Positions 45,766-58,777 of a stretch of DNA of 64,000 nucleotides are shown in pieces. The translations under genes were made by a program, and so were the position numbers. The DNA is taken from the NCBI GenBank assembly GCA_963845565.1, contig CAWJSJ010000002.1, positions 1,824,001 to 1,888,000 on the forward strand, given 5' to 3'. Under the pieces are notes generated by a model, which was not told the origin of the DNA, searched no databases, and saw only the letters and a list, made by a program, of their open reading frames with translations. Positions within the stretch are counted from its first letter, which is position 1. Every line of letters starts with the position of its first letter. The stretch comes from an uncultured Methylomirabilota bacterium (lineage in GTDB: Bacteria; Methylomirabilota; Methylomirabilia; Methylomirabilales; 2-02-FULL-66-22).

Positions 45766-46770
45766 ATGGGAAAGCATTTTCAGACCTGCGCCGCTGACGG
45801 AGCAGAGGCCTTCGGCACTCCGGTGATCTTCGTCTCCGCGAGGAGTATCCCCGCGGCGATCTATGCGGCGATGCGCGAGGTGCTGGCGCGGGGCCGTCGG
45901 ATGCGCACGGCGTACGACCGGAAGGACCCCGAAGGCAACTACATCGACCCGCCCAGCCTGGATGTCAGCTCGGCGATCGAGATTCTGGATCCCTACGCGC
46001 AACCACGATACCCGAAGTCCAGTTGCGTCGAGATCGGCAAGTACATCGCGGAAACGTGCTGGGGCGTCAAGGACCACCTCGTTCTCGACCAGAAGTCGCT
46101 GAAGGAGCGCCTGGCCGCGGGGGAGTTCGACGAGACCAAGGACACCCACTGGCCGTACACCTATCATCAGCGCCTCTTCGCCTACCCGACGTCCGATGGG
46201 CGCACCGTCAATCAGGTCGAGAAGATGCTGGAGCGATTGGCGGAGGACCCACTCACCCGGCGGGCGACGGCCATCACCTTCGTTCCCGAGATCGATCAGT
46301 TCATCAAGGGGGATCTTCCGTGCCTCCAGCGGATCGCGCTGCGGTGCACGGAAGACGGGGCGGGGCGCCTCCGGCTCCACATGAACACGCACTGGCGGTC
46401 GCGGGACCTGTTCAACGCGGCAGCCGACAACATCATCGCCATGACGTTCTGGCAGCGGGAATGGGCGGACGTCTTGTCCGGGATGATGGGGAGGACAGTG
46501 CTGGTCGGAACCTACAAGGACTTTGCCGACTCGTTGCACATTTACGGACAGGTGCTGGCGGGCATGGACGTCGAGAAGATGGTCGGCGCGTGGAACAGCC
46601 TGGCGATGGAAGACCAGGGGTACGCGAGCGACGATGCGCGCGATCTGCTGGTGATCCCGGACCTGGAAAAACTCCTGGGCGAGGACTTCCAGTGGCACTT
46701 TCCCGATCGCGCCAAGGAAAAGATCACGAGTGAGATCGAGCGGATGAGACGAGGAGAGTATCTTCCGTAA
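45766..46770 (+). CDS. thyA: Thymidylate synthase-like protein (divergent, archaeal-type appearance)
   Basis: YTY..RL, TRRA, PCLQ, RSRD.......N, SLHIY. Confidence 0.7.
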   Translation: MGKHFQTCAADGAEAFGTPVIFVSARSIPAAIYAAMREVLARGRRMRTAYDRKDPEGNYIDPPSLDVSSAIEILDPYAQPRYPKSSCVEIGKYIAETCWGVKDHLVLDQKSLKERLAAGEFDETKDTHWPYTYHQRLFAYPTSDGRTVNQVEKMLERLAEDPLTRRATAITFVPEIDQFIKGDLPCLQRIALRCTEDGAGRLRLHMNTHWRSRDLFNAAADNIIAMTFWQREWADVLSGMMGRTVLVGTYKDFADSLHIYGQVLAGMDVEKMVGAWNSLAMEDQGYASDDARDLLVIPDLEKLLGEDFQWHFPDRAKEKITSEIERMRRGEYLP

Positions 46771-46788
46771 CCCCGGAGGGTCGCTCGC

Positions 46789-47550
46789 CTAATCTGGGTC
46801 CGGAGCCTGGTCGTCGTCGGCCGAGTCGTCGAGCCGGCAGATGCCTCGTTTGGATGCGGCGATGAAGTCGCACATCTCGATGGCGGGGCCGCCCTGGAAA
46901 TTCCCGCGAATCGCCTCCAGCGCCTGGGTCACGTTCAAACTGGCACGATAGAGGAGTCGAAACGCCTCCTTCGCCTCGGCGCGTTCCGTAGGGGTCATGC
47001 CGGCGCGGCGCATGCCGATGACGTTCAATGCGGTGACAGCATTCAGCGCCGTCGGGCGCATGGTGCAGAACGGCGGGACGTCTTTCGTCGCTGCTGCGAG
47101 GCCTCCCAGCATCGCCAACCGGCCGATCCGCACGAACTGGTGGACGCACGCGTTGCCGCTGATGAACGCGAGATCCCCGATCTCAACGTAGCCTGCCAGC
47201 AGCGCACCGTTCGCCAAGATCACCCGGCGGCCGAGTTGGACGTTATGACCGAGGTGGCTGTGGGCCATGAGATAGCAGCCGTCGCCGACGACGGTGCCGG
47301 TCCCCTCCTTGGTGCCGCGATGGATCGTCACGTGCTCCCGGATCACGCAACCCGCTCCGATCCTCACGACGCTGTCGACGTTCTTGAAGGCCAGGTCCTG
47401 GGGCACGTCGCCGATCACCGCGCCGGTATGGATGCGGCAGTGCGGTCCGATGGTCGCATGGCGGAAGATCACCGCATGCGGCCCGACCTCGACGTCATCG
47501 CCAATCGCCGCGCCGTCTTCGATGATTGCGGTTGGGTGGATGCGCGTCAT
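46789..47550 (-). CDS. lpxA: Acyl-ACP--UDP-GlcNAc O-acyltransferase-like
   Basis: IHPTAII, PQDL, IRE.VTIHRGT, H..H, VHQF.RIG, N.IG.RR. Confidence 0.85.
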   Translation of the reverse strand: MTRIHPTAIIEDGAAIGDDVEVGPHAVIFRHATIGPHCRIHTGAVIGDVPQDLAFKNVDSVVRIGAGCVIREHVTIHRGTKEGTGTVVGDGCYLMAHSHLGHNVQLGRRVILANGALLAGYVEIGDLAFISGNACVHQFVRIGRLAMLGGLAAATKDVPPFCTMRPTALNAVTALNVIGMRRAGMTPTERAEAKEAFRLLYRASLNVTQALEAIRGNFQGGPAIEMCDFIAASKRGICRLDDSADDDQAPDPD

Positions 47551-47655
47551 GGCGTGTTCCTCGATGGGAGGCGGACCGGGTCCGGCTTCCGTATGCCGAT
47601 GCCGTCCCGCGTCGGCGCGTTGCTCTTGTGCTTCAGGGTACCGTGACCGTGCGCC

Positions 47656-47994
47656 TCAGTGGAATCTTCCCGCCACGGCCTTCCCCCCGAAGAAGTCGTC
47701 CAGGATCTCGTCGTCGTCGAGGAAGTCCCCCAGCCGATGATAGCGCCGGACGCTGTCCACGCCCACGGTGAAGCCGAGATAAAAGGCCGTGGCTTCGGCG
47801 ACGGTCAGCGAAGTCTTCTGGGCGATGGTCTGGATGGTGCGCTCCATATCGGGGAACGACTCACGACACCCGCCGCAGGTTCCCGTGAACCGAATCTCCA
47901 GCTCCCCCGATGCGGCCCGGCCGATCCGGACATGCTCGTCGCTGTCCCAGCCGGGAAGGTAGAGTGCCGAGGTCTCTTCTTTGGACTTAGCCAT
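47656..47994 (-). CDS. Hypothetical protein with CxxC motif
   Basis: GAGGAG RBS; LEIRFTGTCGGC; acidic tail. Confidence 0.65.
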   Translation of the reverse strand: MAKSKEETSALYLPGWDSDEHVRIGRAASGELEIRFTGTCGGCRESFPDMERTIQTIAQKTSLTVAEATAFYLGFTVGVDSVRRYHRLGDFLDDDEILDDFFGGKAVAGRFH

Positions 47995-48003
47995 GATATC
48001 TCC

Positions 48004-49131
48004 TCAAGTCTGGTCACATCTCGGATCGGCGACGGTGGTCGCCCCTGCCGGGAGCAAGTGCGCCGTAGTGGGCGGAAAGTCGAAGGCGGCGATCGCGCCC
48101 TCCTCCAACACGCCGTGCTCCAGGGGGCTGCCGATTACGGCCAGGATCGTGGAGCCCTCCCAGTCCAGCTCGTATTCCACGGTGGCGCCCAGATAGACCG
48201 CCCGGCGAATGGCCCCCCGAAAGGCGGCCGGTTCGGCGGCCGTTGCCGGCGCGAGACGGATGGTCTCTGGCCGCACGACCAGGGTGACCGGCTCGCCCGG
48301 CCGGACGCGCGCATCGCGGAGGGGCACCTTCACGAGGCGCCCCCGGACATCCACGCCGGCCATCCCGTCGCTCGTGCCGGCCAGGCGCCCTTCCAGGAAG
48401 TTCACCCGGCCGATGAAGTCCGCCACGAACCGATTGGTCGGGTGGGCATAGATCTCGAACGGCCCGGCAACCTGCTGGACGCGGCCCGATTCCATCACCA
48501 CGATGCGATCCGAGAGGGCCATGGCCTCGGCCTGGTCATGCGTCACGTAGACCCCGGTGATGTTCAGCCGGCGCTGGAGCCGCCGCACCTCGCCCCGCAT
48601 CTGCTCGCGGAGCTTGGCATCCAGGTTGGACAGCGGCTCGTCGAAGAGCAGGACACGGGGCTCTGTCACGATGGCCCGGGCCAAGGCCACCCGCTGCTGC
48701 TGGCCGCCGGAGAGCTGCTCCGGCGACCGATGCTGCAACCCGGCCAGTTCCACCAGCTCCAGCACGGCGCCGACGCGGGAGGCGATCTCCGCCTTGCCGA
48801 GGCCGCGCATCTCCAACCCGAAGGCCACGTTTTCGGCGACGGTGAGGTGCGGGAAGATGGCATAGCTCTGGAACACCATGGCGGTGTTCCGGGCGTGGGG
48901 CGGCGTGGTGCTGACGTCCGTTCCGTCGATCAGGATCCGGCCTGCCGTCGGCATCTCGAAGCCGGCGATCATCCGGAGGGCGGTGGTCTTGCCGCAGCCG
49001 GACGGTCCCAGCAGCGTGACGAGCTCCCCCTCGCGCACCTCCAAGGACACGCCGTCCACCGCGGTGACACGGCCGCCTGCCCGGTGCGGGTCGTCGAAGG
49101 TCTTGGTGACGTTCTCCAGGATGACGCTCAT
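48004..49131 (-). CDS. ABC transporter ATP-binding protein (FbpC/PotA-like)
   Basis: GPSGCGKT, LSGGQQQR, DEP, C-terminal TOBE. Confidence 0.95.
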   Translation of the reverse strand: MSVILENVTKTFDDPHRAGGRVTAVDGVSLEVREGELVTLLGPSGCGKTTALRMIAGFEMPTAGRILIDGTDVSTTPPHARNTAMVFQSYAIFPHLTVAENVAFGLEMRGLGKAEIASRVGAVLELVELAGLQHRSPEQLSGGQQQRVALARAIVTEPRVLLFDEPLSNLDAKLREQMRGEVRRLQRRLNITGVYVTHDQAEAMALSDRIVVMESGRVQQVAGPFEIYAHPTNRFVADFIGRVNFLEGRLAGTSDGMAGVDVRGRLVKVPLRDARVRPGEPVTLVVRPETIRLAPATAAEPAAFRGAIRRAVYLGATVEYELDWEGSTILAVIGSPLEHGVLEEGAIAAFDFPPTTAHLLPAGATTVADPRCDQT

Positions 49132-49146
49132 CGTTTCCCCATCCGC

Positions 49147-50847
49147 CTATCCAAACGTGGCCTGATAGCGGTAGTCAAAGAGCTGGCCCAAGACGAGCCG
49201 AATCACGCCGATGGCCACCAGGATGATGAGGATCAGGATGACGCTGAAGGCCGCCGCCGCCCCAAGGCGGCCGGCTTCGGTCTGGGAGAGGATCTGGACC
49301 GTCATGAGGTTCCAGTCGGCCGAGACCAGGAAGATGGCCGCGCTGATGGCGGTCATGGCGCGGACGAAGGAAAAGACCAGCCCGGAGAAGAAGGCCGGGA
49401 CCAGGAGCGGCAGAGTGATCCGCCGGAACGTGGTCTGGGTGCTGGCGCCAAGATTGGTGGCGGCCTCCTCGATCGCCGGGTCGATCTGACGGAGGACCGC
49501 CATCCCCGACTGGATGCCCACCGGGATGTAGCGAAAGAGGAAATTGGCGATCAGGATGGTGGCCGTGCCGGTAAGGAGGAGCGGCTTCTGGTTGAAGGCC
49601 AGGATGTACCCGATGCCGATGACGGTACCGGGGACCGCGAAGTTCAGGATGGAGACGAACTCCAGCGTTCGCCGGCCCGGGAAGCGGCGCCGCATGACCA
49701 GGAAAGCGATGGCCATCCCCAAGAGGCCCGCCAGGGGGCTGGAGGTCACGGCGATGATCAGGGTGTCGGTGATGGCCTGAGCCCCCACGCCGAAGACGTA
49801 TCTGAAATTCCGGAGGGTGATGCTGTGGTCGGCGCCCCAGGCCCGGGAGAAGGCCCCCACCAGGATGGTGGCGTAGAAGAGCAGGACGAAGAGCGCCACG
49901 GCCATGCAGGCCCCGAACAGAACCCACTGCATGGCCGGACTCACCACCTTGAGGACGGCGCGGGTCGGTTTCCCGGTGACGGTCACGTATTGCTTTCGCG
50001 CCACCCAGTAGCGCTGGGCGAGGAACGCCAGCACCGAGGGGACCAGCAGGACGACGGCCAGGGCAGCCCCGCCCGCCAGGTCGTACATCCCCGTCACCTG
50101 GAGATAGACCTGAACCGACAGGACCGGGAACCCGCTCCCGCCCAGGATGAGGGGATTTCCGAAGTCCGCGATGGACTCGATGAAGAGGACCAGGAGGGCG
50201 CTGGCAATTCCAGGAAGGCAAAGGGGCAGCGTCACCCGCCTGAAGGCCTTCCAGCGGGTGGCCCCCAGGTTCGTCGCCGCGTCCTCCAACGTGCCGCCCA
50301 GCGATTCCAGGACGCCCCGCAGGGTGAGGTAGGCCACCGGGAAGAAGGTGAAGACCTGGGCCAGCAGGAGGCCGCGCATTCCGTAGATGGCGAACTCCTG
50401 GAAGCCGAGGAGCTGATGGGTGATCAGGCCGTTGTTGCCGAAGAGCAGGATGATGGAGAGGGCACTGACGAAGGGGGGCGAGATCACCGGGAGGATCGCC
50501 GCCACCGTGAGGAACGACTTGCAGGGAATGTCGGTCCGGGTCAGGGTAAACGCGAACAGGAACCCGACGAGACAGCCGCCCAGCGCCGTGAGGATCCCCA
50601 TCATGACGCTGTTCAGGAAGGCCTGCTGGATGAACCAGCTTCCGAGGAACTCCCGGTAGAGCCGGAAGGTCGGGACCCCGTCCGGGACAAAGCTTTCCGT
50701 AAACACTCGGGCGAGCGGATAGGCGATGAAGAGCAGCAACAGCGCGAAAATGCCGGCCACCCCGACTCCCAGAAGCGGCTCGTTCCGGAGCAGGCGGAGA
50801 TCATGCCGTGTGCGGCTGCCCCACCCTGCGAGGGATTGCGTGCTCAC
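49147..50847 (-). CDS. Fe3+/sugar-phosphate-type ABC permease (fused double domain)
   Basis: Two EAA loops (LEDAATNLGA, IEEAATNLGA); DFGNP. Confidence 0.9.
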   Translation of the reverse strand: MSTQSLAGWGSRTRHDLRLLRNEPLLGVGVAGIFALLLLFIAYPLARVFTESFVPDGVPTFRLYREFLGSWFIQQAFLNSVMMGILTALGGCLVGFLFAFTLTRTDIPCKSFLTVAAILPVISPPFVSALSIILLFGNNGLITHQLLGFQEFAIYGMRGLLLAQVFTFFPVAYLTLRGVLESLGGTLEDAATNLGATRWKAFRRVTLPLCLPGIASALLVLFIESIADFGNPLILGGSGFPVLSVQVYLQVTGMYDLAGGAALAVVLLVPSVLAFLAQRYWVARKQYVTVTGKPTRAVLKVVSPAMQWVLFGACMAVALFVLLFYATILVGAFSRAWGADHSITLRNFRYVFGVGAQAITDTLIIAVTSSPLAGLLGMAIAFLVMRRRFPGRRTLEFVSILNFAVPGTVIGIGYILAFNQKPLLLTGTATILIANFLFRYIPVGIQSGMAVLRQIDPAIEEAATNLGASTQTTFRRITLPLLVPAFFSGLVFSFVRAMTAISAAIFLVSADWNLMTVQILSQTEAGRLGAAAAFSVILILIILVAIGVIRLVLGQLFDYRYQATFG

Positions 50848-50855
50848 GGCGGATC

Positions 50856-51863
50856 CTATTTGGCCGTCCGCAGGACCTCGTTGATCCAGCGGTCAACGAG
50901 CCGCTTCTTCTCCTTCCCGGCCCAGATCGCGTCGTAGTTGATGGTCGGGATCTGATCGAAGGCGGGGAGCCCGGCCATCACCGTGGCCTTGGGATGCACG
51001 GGGAAGAAGTAGGTCTTGGCGTCGGTCAGGGCATTCTGGCCGGGGATGGTAATGAACCAGTCGAGGAGCTTCTTGGCCAACTCGGCGCGCGGCGCACCTT
51101 TCAGAATAGAAATGGCCGGCGCCTCGAAGCCCACGCCCTCCTTGGGGAAGGTCACCTTGAGCGGGTAGCCCTCGGCCATCAACTGGAGGAACGCCGGTGT
51201 GAACTGAATGCCGACACCGGCCTGACCGATCGCCGCCGCCTTGGAGGGGGCGGTGCCGCTCTGGGTGTAGGTCTGAATGCTCGGGTGCACCTTCTTCAGG
51301 TAGTCGAAGGCCTTGTCCTCGCCCATGATCATGACCAGGGCGGCCACCATGTTGTAGCCGGTGCCCGAGGTCTGCGGGCTGGGGGTCTGGACCTGGGCCC
51401 GAAACTCCGGCTTGAGGAGGTCGGCCCAGGACGTCGGGGGCTCCACATTCTTCTGCTTGAGGGTGTTGACGTTGGAGGCGAAGCCGAGCGGGTTCATGTA
51501 GAACGAGGTCCAATACCCCTCGGGGTCCTTGAACTTTGCCGCCAGCTCCTTCGCGTTGGGGGAGACGTACACCTGAGAGAGCCCCTTCTCCTTCAAGGCC
51601 ACGTGATTCTCGCTGGGGGCGCCGAACCAGACGTCGGCCTGGGGATTGTTCTTCTCCGCCTCGATCCGGGCGACGGCCGGTCCGGAGGAGAGGAAGGTGA
51701 AGCGCACCTTCACGCCCGTCGCCTTGGTGAAGGCGTCCAGGAGATTCTTGGCATTTTCCTCGTCGACACTCGAGTACACCACCAGGCTCTCCTGCGCCTG
51801 CGCCGTCCCGGTCAGCAGGATCCCAAGTGCCAGCAGCGCGCATACCGTCCAGCGTGTCTTCAT
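50856..51863 (-). CDS. ABC substrate-binding protein (AfuA/FbpA-like)
   Basis: Signal peptide; NPQADVWFG, P.TSGTG. Confidence 0.9.
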   Translation of the reverse strand: MKTRWTVCALLALGILLTGTAQAQESLVVYSSVDEENAKNLLDAFTKATGVKVRFTFLSSGPAVARIEAEKNNPQADVWFGAPSENHVALKEKGLSQVYVSPNAKELAAKFKDPEGYWTSFYMNPLGFASNVNTLKQKNVEPPTSWADLLKPEFRAQVQTPSPQTSGTGYNMVAALVMIMGEDKAFDYLKKVHPSIQTYTQSGTAPSKAAAIGQAGVGIQFTPAFLQLMAEGYPLKVTFPKEGVGFEAPAISILKGAPRAELAKKLLDWFITIPGQNALTDAKTYFFPVHPKATVMAGLPAFDQIPTINYDAIWAGKEKKRLVDRWINEVLRTAK

Positions 51864-51939
51864 GGCGTTCTCCTCCTGAGACGCGTCGTCCGAAACTCAT
51901 CCCTCGCGGTCTTACATACCACAAGTTCGCGGCGGATCG

Positions 51940-53229
51940 CTAGCCCGAACCCGGAGCCGACCGAGACGGGGCGACGGGGAATGATTCGGCCATGCGGATC
52001 CGCTCGGCCACGGGGGGGTGGGTGTAGAGAAGCCACACCAACGGACGCGGTGGGTCGAGATCGGCCAGGTTGGATCGGGCGAGATCGACTTCGGCGCGGA
52101 TAAAGGCCGCCGGATTCGCCGTCAATGCCAGAGAGGCCCGGTCCGCCTGCCGCTCGAAGTGGCGGGAGATGGCGTTCTGAATGGGCAGGCCGGCGAGGCT
52201 TAGCACGAAAAGCACGAGCAGAAACAGGGGCAGCCCCGCCACATCGGCGGGCCCCGCGAGGTGGAAGGCGCGGCGCTCGCCAGCCCAGGCCAACACCCGG
52301 GCGCCGCACCAGAGCAGGAGGCCCATGCCGGCCAGCGACAGGCCGATCCCTTGCCAGATATGGGCGTGCTGCCAATGGCCCATCTCATGGGCGATGACGA
52401 GATCCACGGCGTCGGGGTCGCTGGTTGCGACGAGGGTGTCGTAGAGCACGATCCGCTTGGTGGCCCCCAGGCCCGTGAAATAGGCGTTTCCTTTCTTGGT
52501 CCGGCGGCTGGCGTCGAGTTCGTACACCTGCTCCACCGGGATGCCTGCCCGATCCGCCAGGGCGAGGACCCGCTCACGCAGCGCGGCGTTCTGGAGGGGC
52601 CGGATGGTGTGGAACAAGGGATCGATCACGATCGGGGCCAACGCGACGAGCAGGACGACGACCAAGCCGCCCAGGCCCCAGGCGGGGAGGACCCACCGGC
52701 CCGGATAGCGGCGCCACAGCAGTGCAAGCAGGGAGCCCAGGGGGACTGCCAGGACGAGGGAGAGGGCGGCCCCCTTCAGTCGGTCCAGGAGCCAGGCTCC
52801 CGGCGTCTGAGTGGAGAGGCCGAAGGCGTGCTCCCGCACGAAGCCCGCATAGTACCCCATCGGGAGCGTCAGCAGTTCGAAGGCGATGCACAGGCAGGCG
52901 ATATAGAGCGCCACCGCCAGCGCCGGATGGGCGGGAACCAGGCGCACGGCGAAGTTCCGGAGCGCGGCGGACGCCGGCGTGAACACGAGAACGGCCAGGG
53001 CCGCCAGCCGAAGGAGGGTGCCGGCCGTGAAGAGCCAGTAGCGCCCCTGCATGTACGCGTGGCCCCGCGCCACATCCTCGGGGGTGAAGTGGGCCGCAAT
53101 CTCCGGCGGGAGGTGCCCGGTGGGAGACACCGCCCATGCAGACAGGGTTGGCGTGGCGGGCAGTATCGCCATGACGGCGACTCCAGCGAGGGCCAGGGCC
53201 AACCATCCTGGAATCCAGCGGGTGATCAT
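51940..53229 (-). CDS. M48 (Ste24-like) membrane metalloprotease
   Basis: NAYFTG, HEMGH, E..AD, THPP...RI. Confidence 0.92.
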   Translation of the reverse strand: MITRWIPGWLALALAGVAVMAILPATPTLSAWAVSPTGHLPPEIAAHFTPEDVARGHAYMQGRYWLFTAGTLLRLAALAVLVFTPASAALRNFAVRLVPAHPALAVALYIACLCIAFELLTLPMGYYAGFVREHAFGLSTQTPGAWLLDRLKGAALSLVLAVPLGSLLALLWRRYPGRWVLPAWGLGGLVVVLLVALAPIVIDPLFHTIRPLQNAALRERVLALADRAGIPVEQVYELDASRRTKKGNAYFTGLGATKRIVLYDTLVATSDPDAVDLVIAHEMGHWQHAHIWQGIGLSLAGMGLLLWCGARVLAWAGERRAFHLAGPADVAGLPLFLLVLFVLSLAGLPIQNAISRHFERQADRASLALTANPAAFIRAEVDLARSNLADLDPPRPLVWLLYTHPPVAERIRMAESFPVAPSRSAPGSG

Positions 53230-53288
53230 TCCTGTCGTCCCTGGCTTCCTCGTCCGGCGACGGGAGGGGAGTTCGCACGGTACCCGGG

Positions 53289-54188
53289 TCACTCGCGACG
53301 GAGCTCCAGGAACTGGCCGTCCAGGCCCACCGTGATCCGCACCCGGGTTCCATTGGCCTCGAAGGCGTGCAGGCTGATCCGACTGCCGGTCGCGGAGAGG
53401 GCTGGCGGCGGGGCTTGGACGAAATAGTCGCCGTCCTCTTTCCAGAACCGGTACCGTTCGGGCAAGAGATACACCGGTCGGAGAGAGTGTCCGTCCACGT
53501 GGACGGCGAACAGGCCGGGTGGGACCGCCTCGCCCTGATCGTCCAGGTCACGGTAAAAAAACACCTCGCCGCGCGCTTCGTGGAGGACCGGGTTGGACCC
53601 GGTCGCCAGCATGGCGCGAACACGGCCGTCGGCGGAGAAGCGCTCGATGCGCTCCACCGTCCGGTCCATCGACTGATCCTTGATGGGCCGCTCCGAATCC
53701 ACCTGGGCGATGAACCATTCGCCGTGGCTGGCCCAGACGGGCCGCCCCTCGATGGTGGCCAGCCACCGCGTCCGCTTCCAGCCGTCCTCGGCAACCCAGA
53801 GCTCCCGGGAGACCCCCCCATCCGCGGTCGGACGCAGGTTCACGATCAGCAGGGTCGTGCCGCGCGCCGGGCGATATTCCTCTCGGGCCACGGACACAAG
53901 ATCGGTACGAACGAAGCCCGACTCCCTTGCGTCGACCTGCACCTTGACCCATAAATAGCCGCGCTCATCCATGATGTAGAGCGGCTGCCTCTTCCCGGTC
54001 CGACGGCCCGGGATCTCGAAGGTGTCTCCAGGCTGTGCGGTCGCGATGATCCGGCCGGACGCGTGGGGTGTGAGCCGGATGAGCGTGTCGCGCGCGAGGA
54101 CCAAGGCCTCGGCGGCCTGCGCCTCGGCGGGCCACCACCAGAGCGAAAGCAAGAGGGCTCCGAGGAATGTCCGCCGAAGGCTGGACAT
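53289..54188 (-). CDS. Exported protein with SH3b-like N-terminal domain
   Basis: Signal peptide; IR..P...GRII, WVKV....GFV. Confidence 0.65.
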   Translation of the reverse strand: MSSLRRTFLGALLLSLWWWPAEAQAAEALVLARDTLIRLTPHASGRIIATAQPGDTFEIPGRRTGKRQPLYIMDERGYLWVKVQVDARESGFVRTDLVSVAREEYRPARGTTLLIVNLRPTADGGVSRELWVAEDGWKRTRWLATIEGRPVWASHGEWFIAQVDSERPIKDQSMDRTVERIERFSADGRVRAMLATGSNPVLHEARGEVFFYRDLDDQGEAVPPGLFAVHVDGHSLRPVYLLPERYRFWKEDGDYFVQAPPPALSATGSRISLHAFEANGTRVRITVGLDGQFLELRRE

Positions 54189-54474
54189 GACGAAGATACT
54201 CACGTACCCCACCGCAGGGCGCCGGATCCGGATCAGCATCGAGAGTCCCATAAGACGAAAACTGCCAGCATGGCAGTGTCAATAACGTGGGTAGAATGGC
54301 GGAAATCCGGCGGAAAGTCAATCCTCGGGTCGGGAAATCCGGCAGGCCGCCGATTGGGCAAACCGGAAACTTGGCCACGGGGGAAACGCCGCCCTGCCGT
54401 CACAGACGCGCCGGGTTCCCACAGCCTTCCGCGGCCACATCCCCCAATGACCTCGGTCGCCGCATCACCGGCGG

Positions 54475-57453
<2,979 letters not shown>

Positions 57454-57457
<4 letters not shown>

Positions 57458-57613
57458 CAGGCTGCTCAAAAAGGCCCATCTGCGGCGTTGTCGCGCTCGC
57501 GCGGCGCTGCGGCGTACCCGCCAAGTACGCCTCGCGTCTCGCATCACGCTCCGCCTTGCGGCTGGACCTTTTTGAGCAGCCTGAGCAAGAACGAGTTTTT
57601 CAGCATCCTGCTA
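57454..57613 (+). mobile_element. MITE-like repeat family A, copy 4
   Basis: ctaacaggctgctcaaaaagg...cctttttgagcagcctg...tttttcagcatcctgcta. Confidence 0.85.
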
Positions 57614-57665
57614 ATGCATCACCTGGCCGAGGTCGAGGGGCTTTCCATTGCTTGCGGAGGACGTC

Positions 57666-58706
57666 ATGTTGACCTGTCGGATTTACGGCGCTCAGGACCT
57701 GCGCGTTGAAACGGTACCCGTACCCGAGCCGGGGCCGGGCGAGGTGCTGTTGAAGCTTGGGGCCGGCGGGATCTGCGGATCGGACCTGCACTACTTCTTG
57801 CACGGGCGGATCGGGAGTTTCCTGATTCGGGAGCCTCTGGTCCCCGGTCACGAGATCTCCGGGACGGTCGCCAAGGTGGGGGCGGGGGTGACGCGCGTCA
57901 GAGAAGGGGACAAGGTGGCAATCAACCCGTCTCACGCCTGCGGCACCTGCCGGGCGTGCCGCGCCGGGCGGGAGAACCTCTGCGGCAGCATGCGCTTTCT
58001 GGGGAGCGCCAGCGTGTTTCCCCATGTGCAGGGGATGTTCCGTGAGTACTTCGTCATGGGGGAGCGGCAGTGCTATCCGATCGCCTCGGCGGTCACGTTG
58101 AGCGATCTGGCGTTCGCTGAGCCCCTCGCGGTCTCCCTGCACGCGGTGAATCGGGCTGGAGGCATGCTCGGGAAGAGCGTGCTGATCACCGGGGCCGGCC
58201 CGATCGGGTGCCTGATCGTCATGGCCGCCCGCCTGGCCGGCGCCGCGCAGGTGGTGGTGACGGATGTGGTGGATCGAACGCTCGGGGTGGCGAAGGCGGC
58301 AGGTGCGGATCGGTGTCTGCGCGCGGATCAACTCCCGAAGGACGCGGGAGCGCTGGCCGACGCGGTGGGCGACGCGGATGTCGCGTTCGAGGTGTCCGGC
58401 AGTCCCGCGGCGCTCGCGACGTGCCTGGCGAGCGTGGTGCGCGGCGGGCGCATCGTCCAGGTGGGGACGCTCCCGGCGGACGGCCTGCATTTCCCGGCCA
58501 ACCAGGTCATGGTCCGTGAGATCGACTACGTGGGCACCTTCCGCTTCGGTGTGGAGTTCGACTGGGCGGTGCGGTATCTGACGGAGCGGCGCGTGGACGT
58601 CCAGCCGCTCTTGTCCGCGCAGTTCCCCTTGCGGGATGCGGAAGCCGCCTTCCGCCTGGCGAGCGACAAGAGTCAGAGCGTCAAGGTGCAACTCGTCGCC
58701 GCGTGA
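57666..58706 (+). CDS. idnD: L-idonate 5-dehydrogenase-like
   Basis: GGICGSDLHY, MRFLGSA...PHVQG.F, GTFRF..EF, KVQL. Confidence 0.8.
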   Translation: MLTCRIYGAQDLRVETVPVPEPGPGEVLLKLGAGGICGSDLHYFLHGRIGSFLIREPLVPGHEISGTVAKVGAGVTRVREGDKVAINPSHACGTCRACRAGRENLCGSMRFLGSASVFPHVQGMFREYFVMGERQCYPIASAVTLSDLAFAEPLAVSLHAVNRAGGMLGKSVLITGAGPIGCLIVMAARLAGAAQVVVTDVVDRTLGVAKAAGADRCLRADQLPKDAGALADAVGDADVAFEVSGSPAALATCLASVVRGGRIVQVGTLPADGLHFPANQVMVREIDYVGTFRFGVEFDWAVRYLTERRVDVQPLLSAQFPLRDAEAAFRLASDKSQSVKVQLVAA

Positions 58707-58777
58707 GTCGGCAGCCAGCGACGGATGGACCCGGAGCGATCTCGGGGTGAACCCTTCCGGCGCGCCAAACGCGGGTC

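Noticed and set aside
47659..50937. 1092-aa plus-strand ORF and other long antisense ORFs (5884-7485, 11643-13547, 13702-15594, 39943-41874)
   Set aside because: Shadow frames opposite well-supported genes in GC-rich DNA; no recognisable motifs.
54290..54400. ggcaaacc..gaaa resembling a c-di-GMP-I riboswitch, and short ggaaatccggc repeats
   Set aside because: Lacks the GACGCAAAGC and second-stem elements and points against the flanking genes.
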